A stretch of DNA of 64,000 bases from Vitrella brassicaformis CCMP3155 (Eukaryota > Protista > Chromerida). The notes beneath the pieces were generated by a model. It had not been told where the DNA came from and searched no databases. It saw only the letters and a list, made by a program, of their open reading frames with translations. Positions 60,919 to 64,000 of this stretch are shown one piece after another. The DNA lies in NCBI GenBank assembly GCA_001179505.1, contig CDMY01001052.1:153486-217485 (forward strand). Reading direction: 5' to 3'. Within the stretch, counting starts at the first letter, position 1, and each line of letters starts with the position of its first letter. Position numbers and translations under genes: made by a program.

Positions 60919-62151
60919 TGGAGGAGGGCGTCTTGTTTGCGAGTGGGGCGAGTGCCCGCCTGTTAATTTGAAGGGGCTGTCTGTCGCTGGGCCGCCCGGC
61001 AGGTGTATGACCGGTCGACCCGGGCAGGCTATCGTTGCCTACATTTTATATCATCGGCGTCGTTTGTTCTGAAGCAAGCGTATTGTCTGCCTACATGCGC
61101 TGCCGAGGCGTGAGGGGGGTTTGACTGGATGGAATGGGATGCAGAGTGGATGGTTTCGTCGTATCTCTCTCTTCGTGTGCTTGGGTCGGCGAGGGGGGTG
61201 AGTCAGTGTTTTTCTCCGTCTAGGGTCTGTCTGTCTGTTTATCACCCCCTGTCTCGTCTGTGTTGTGTATGAGTGTGATGAGACACTATCCTTTACACCC
61301 ATCCTGACGTGACAGCTGCTGTTGTCGGGCAGCACAGTTCCTTTCAATCGACCTCAAGTATGCACCAATTTGTGCGTGTCGATAGTGTGACGAGGGTGTG
61401 TCTGATCTTCTTGTGGTAGGCCAGGGTGGAGTCTCATATCTCTATACCCCGTTGCAACATGACAAGCGGGCAGGGCAGCCGCACTCATACGCGCACAGAC
61501 ACGAGCCAGCGACGCGAGAGAGCCGGTGTGCAGGAGACTAATTGATGGAAGAGAGGGAGGGAACAGTGGGGCGGGAACAGTTGGAAGTGTCAGACGCAGC
61601 AGATTCACACGGAGAGACGGGGTAGCCGGTGCTGTATACACATTATCACATTATTCACACCACACCCAATTGTAGAGCCGAACAAACCATGCTCTCTGCT
61701 CTTTGCATTCGCAAGTATGACAAGATGTCTCACGTCTACACACATGTGCAATGCACACACATGCCAGGATGCCGGCCGTATCCATCTGCCTGTGTGTGTC
61801 TGCCTGTGCTGATGTTTTGGGCTGGCTGACTAACGACGTGTGTCTCTCGGGGTGTGTCTCTCTCGGGGTGACTGAACTTCGGCTGCTTTGATAGCATTCA
61901 AATGAGATTCCACCCCGGGTTGTGTTGTGGTGGGAATGGCTGATTCTCGTGCACTCTCAGCCTCTCCCTCTCGGTGCACTCCCTGCCTGTGCCAGCCAGA
62001 CACACATAACGGCACATGGATGGTTGAATACAGCAGCGGTCACGGACCCAGAAATGAACAACAAATACAGACACAAACGTGTCTCGCCCGCCCACGATAC
62101 ACACAGACGGCTGGACGCACTCAACCCCCCCTCTGTCCACCTGAGTCAGCA

Positions 62152-63836
62152 TCATTCCTTCTTGTGCCAAAACATGCTGGCCCGCTCCACCTCAACGCAC
62201 CGCCGATACCTCTCTGCGAACTCACTCAGCCACCTCACCAAGGCGACGCTCTCCCGCGACACACCCCCACCCCCACACTCCCCCATATGCCGGTACAACG
62301 GCCTCAAAAAGAGCTTCTTGCCCCTCTGGTCGTACCGCGGTGCGTCGAACTGGGCCACGCCGTCAGCAAGGGGGTTGTCGGGGTGCCGGTCTGTTGCGAA
62401 GATGCTGGCCTTGGCCTTGTTGTCGTCGAGCTGGCGACAGGAGCTGAAGCCGGCCTTGTCGTGTATGTCGGTGATACGCACATCCACCCGTGTGTCTTCA
62501 TCGCGGCGACGGCGGGACCGCTCCACGTCGACCATCACCACAGCAGACGGGGATGAACCTGCGACCACGCACCCACATACACACAGACACACACGAGACA
62601 CATAGAGCTGCATCGAATGCGAGAACTCTCTCCTCACCATGTCCAAAAGTCCACGAGGCGGTGTCGTGCCACCACGCCAGCTCGGTGACGCCGGAGAGGT
62701 CGTCCAGGTGCTCTGTCAGCTGCTGCACGGGGCCAGGTGTGCTGTAGGGTGGGCTGATGCACAGCTTGATGTGTGTCTTGGTCGAGCTGTCGCACGAGGG
62801 GTCGCGTCGGGCGATGCTGGCGCGGTAGGTCTTGGTCACCTTCCTGGGGTGCGATGGGCCATGGTAGGCACTCCCCCCCACTCCTGAGCCGGTCTGCGGG
62901 AGGATCCAGGCATCCCACGGCCCCGCAGCCGCCAGCCAAAAGTACCAGGATGGCTGTGGACCCGCCACACGCAGATGCTGTCGCGTGATCATCACGGGCA
63001 GCGTGACGTCACCGGCGTGCTGTAGCACCGACAGGAGGTGGGCGTACGGCTGCCAGAGGCTCTCGCCGTGGGGTGCGATGGCGTAGAGGACGGCCCGGAT
63101 GTTGGCGTCCGTCAGGCCAGCTATGTCGTACTGCACGGGCAGATGAGTGGGATGCCTGGCGCGGAGCTGCTGCACCATGCTGCAGCAACAAAGACAGGCA
63201 GCCGGGAAGATGATGCACGGTGAGACTCAGTGTTGTTCCCTCTTTCCTCGTGGCGTCCGTACCATGGTCTGTCCATGATTTTGGAGCAGTATGGCGCGTT
63301 GCATGACCTCAGTGCTGCGATGCTGATGACGGGCAGGAAGCGCAGCACGACATACTTGACGCCTCCGCTGCCCTCCTCAAGCAACGCCGAAAGCGACACA
63401 GACGCACCTGCACCAATTAAGTCATGACAGACAACGCCCATGGATGGATGGATGGATGGATTGCCTTCCTTTGCAACAAAGGCGTTCGGCTCTCACCTGC
63501 AATGGTGGTCTTGATGAAAGTGCTAGAATTGCCCTGCATCTCCCCCTCTGGAGGTCTGAGGACGTCTACGGCATCGGAATAGTACCAAAGAGACTGATCT
63601 GCGTAAGAGGCCCGCCCCTGTTGTACACCTCTCCCATGATCAGCTGCCGACTCCGCTGCCGTGGCGGGGCTGGCTGCTGGGACGGCTCTCACCTCATCAA
63701 GGGCGAAAGACAGTGCCGCGTTGAAGAGCGACGGCTTGCGGCTTGGCTTGCGGCCGTCCCCCACCGCTTTACTGACCTGCTCACGCACTCTCTCTCCGGC
63801 TACTAGTTGACCCCATCCGTCAATGATGGAATGCAT
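62152..63836 (-). CDS. Hypothetical protein with a degenerate F-box-like motif, multi-exon; start uncertain
   Basis: Frame-preserving introns link exons including VKYVVLRFLPVISIAALRSC and VRWLSEFAERYRRCVEVER. Confidence 0.6.
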
Positions 63837-64000
63837 ACTTTGATTACAACACTGAAATTAATGGACCGGGAAACGAACCTCGCCGGAGTCCGTGATACTC
63901 ATACAAATACAGTCCCATCAGCACGCAGAGTCAAACAGGCTCAAGGGGAGGAGGGATCAATCCCCGCCCCATCAGCACACCCCAGTCCCGCAAACCCTCC

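Noticed and set aside
62790-62860. HPRKVTKTYRA resembling an RsuA/RluB pseudouridine synthase motif
   Set aside because: The catalytic GRLD motif and the other family motifs are absent.
63860-63900. GGTTCGTTTCC on the minus strand resembling a tRNA T-loop/B-box
   Set aside because: No D-arm, anticodon arm or acceptor stem could be folded around it.
1-64000. CRISPR arrays, transposons, rRNA or prokaryotic operons
   Set aside because: No repeat-spacer arrays, transposase or reverse transcriptase motifs, terminal repeats or rRNA signatures were seen. The gene structure is spliceosomal.

Overview
This is an intron-rich, GC-rich eukaryotic window. Its microsatellite-filled GT-AG introns, secondary-plastid targeting sequences and ankyrin/F-box-like families point to a chromerid alga, most likely Vitrella brassicaformis (inference). 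About 25 protein-coding genes can be assembled by hand from spliced exons. Recognisable products are pirin, a secreted arylsulfotransferase, two F-box/RCC1 paralogues, an Obg GTPase, a CBM20 protein, plastid CtpA, ARP4, DDX52/Rok1, a GH3 beta-glucosidase, a DUF1499 protein, mitochondrial ferredoxin, a SHIPPO-repeat protein and a divergent IDO-superfamily heme enzyme. Several orphans are also present. There are three 300-N assembly gaps, and no rRNA, tRNA, CRISPR array or transposon was found. The most interesting signals are: (1) an IDO-fold heme enzyme with a remodelled substrate pocket and a tail of three Cys-Pro motifs; (2) an arylsulfotransferase carrying a tract of ten Tyr residues in acidic/Gly context; (3) introns bracketed by complementary (CA)n...(GT)n repeats; and (4) ten tight head-to-head gene pairs, five of whose spacers carry an AGATCT palindrome. 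All exon structures and family calls were made by eye, with no database searches.
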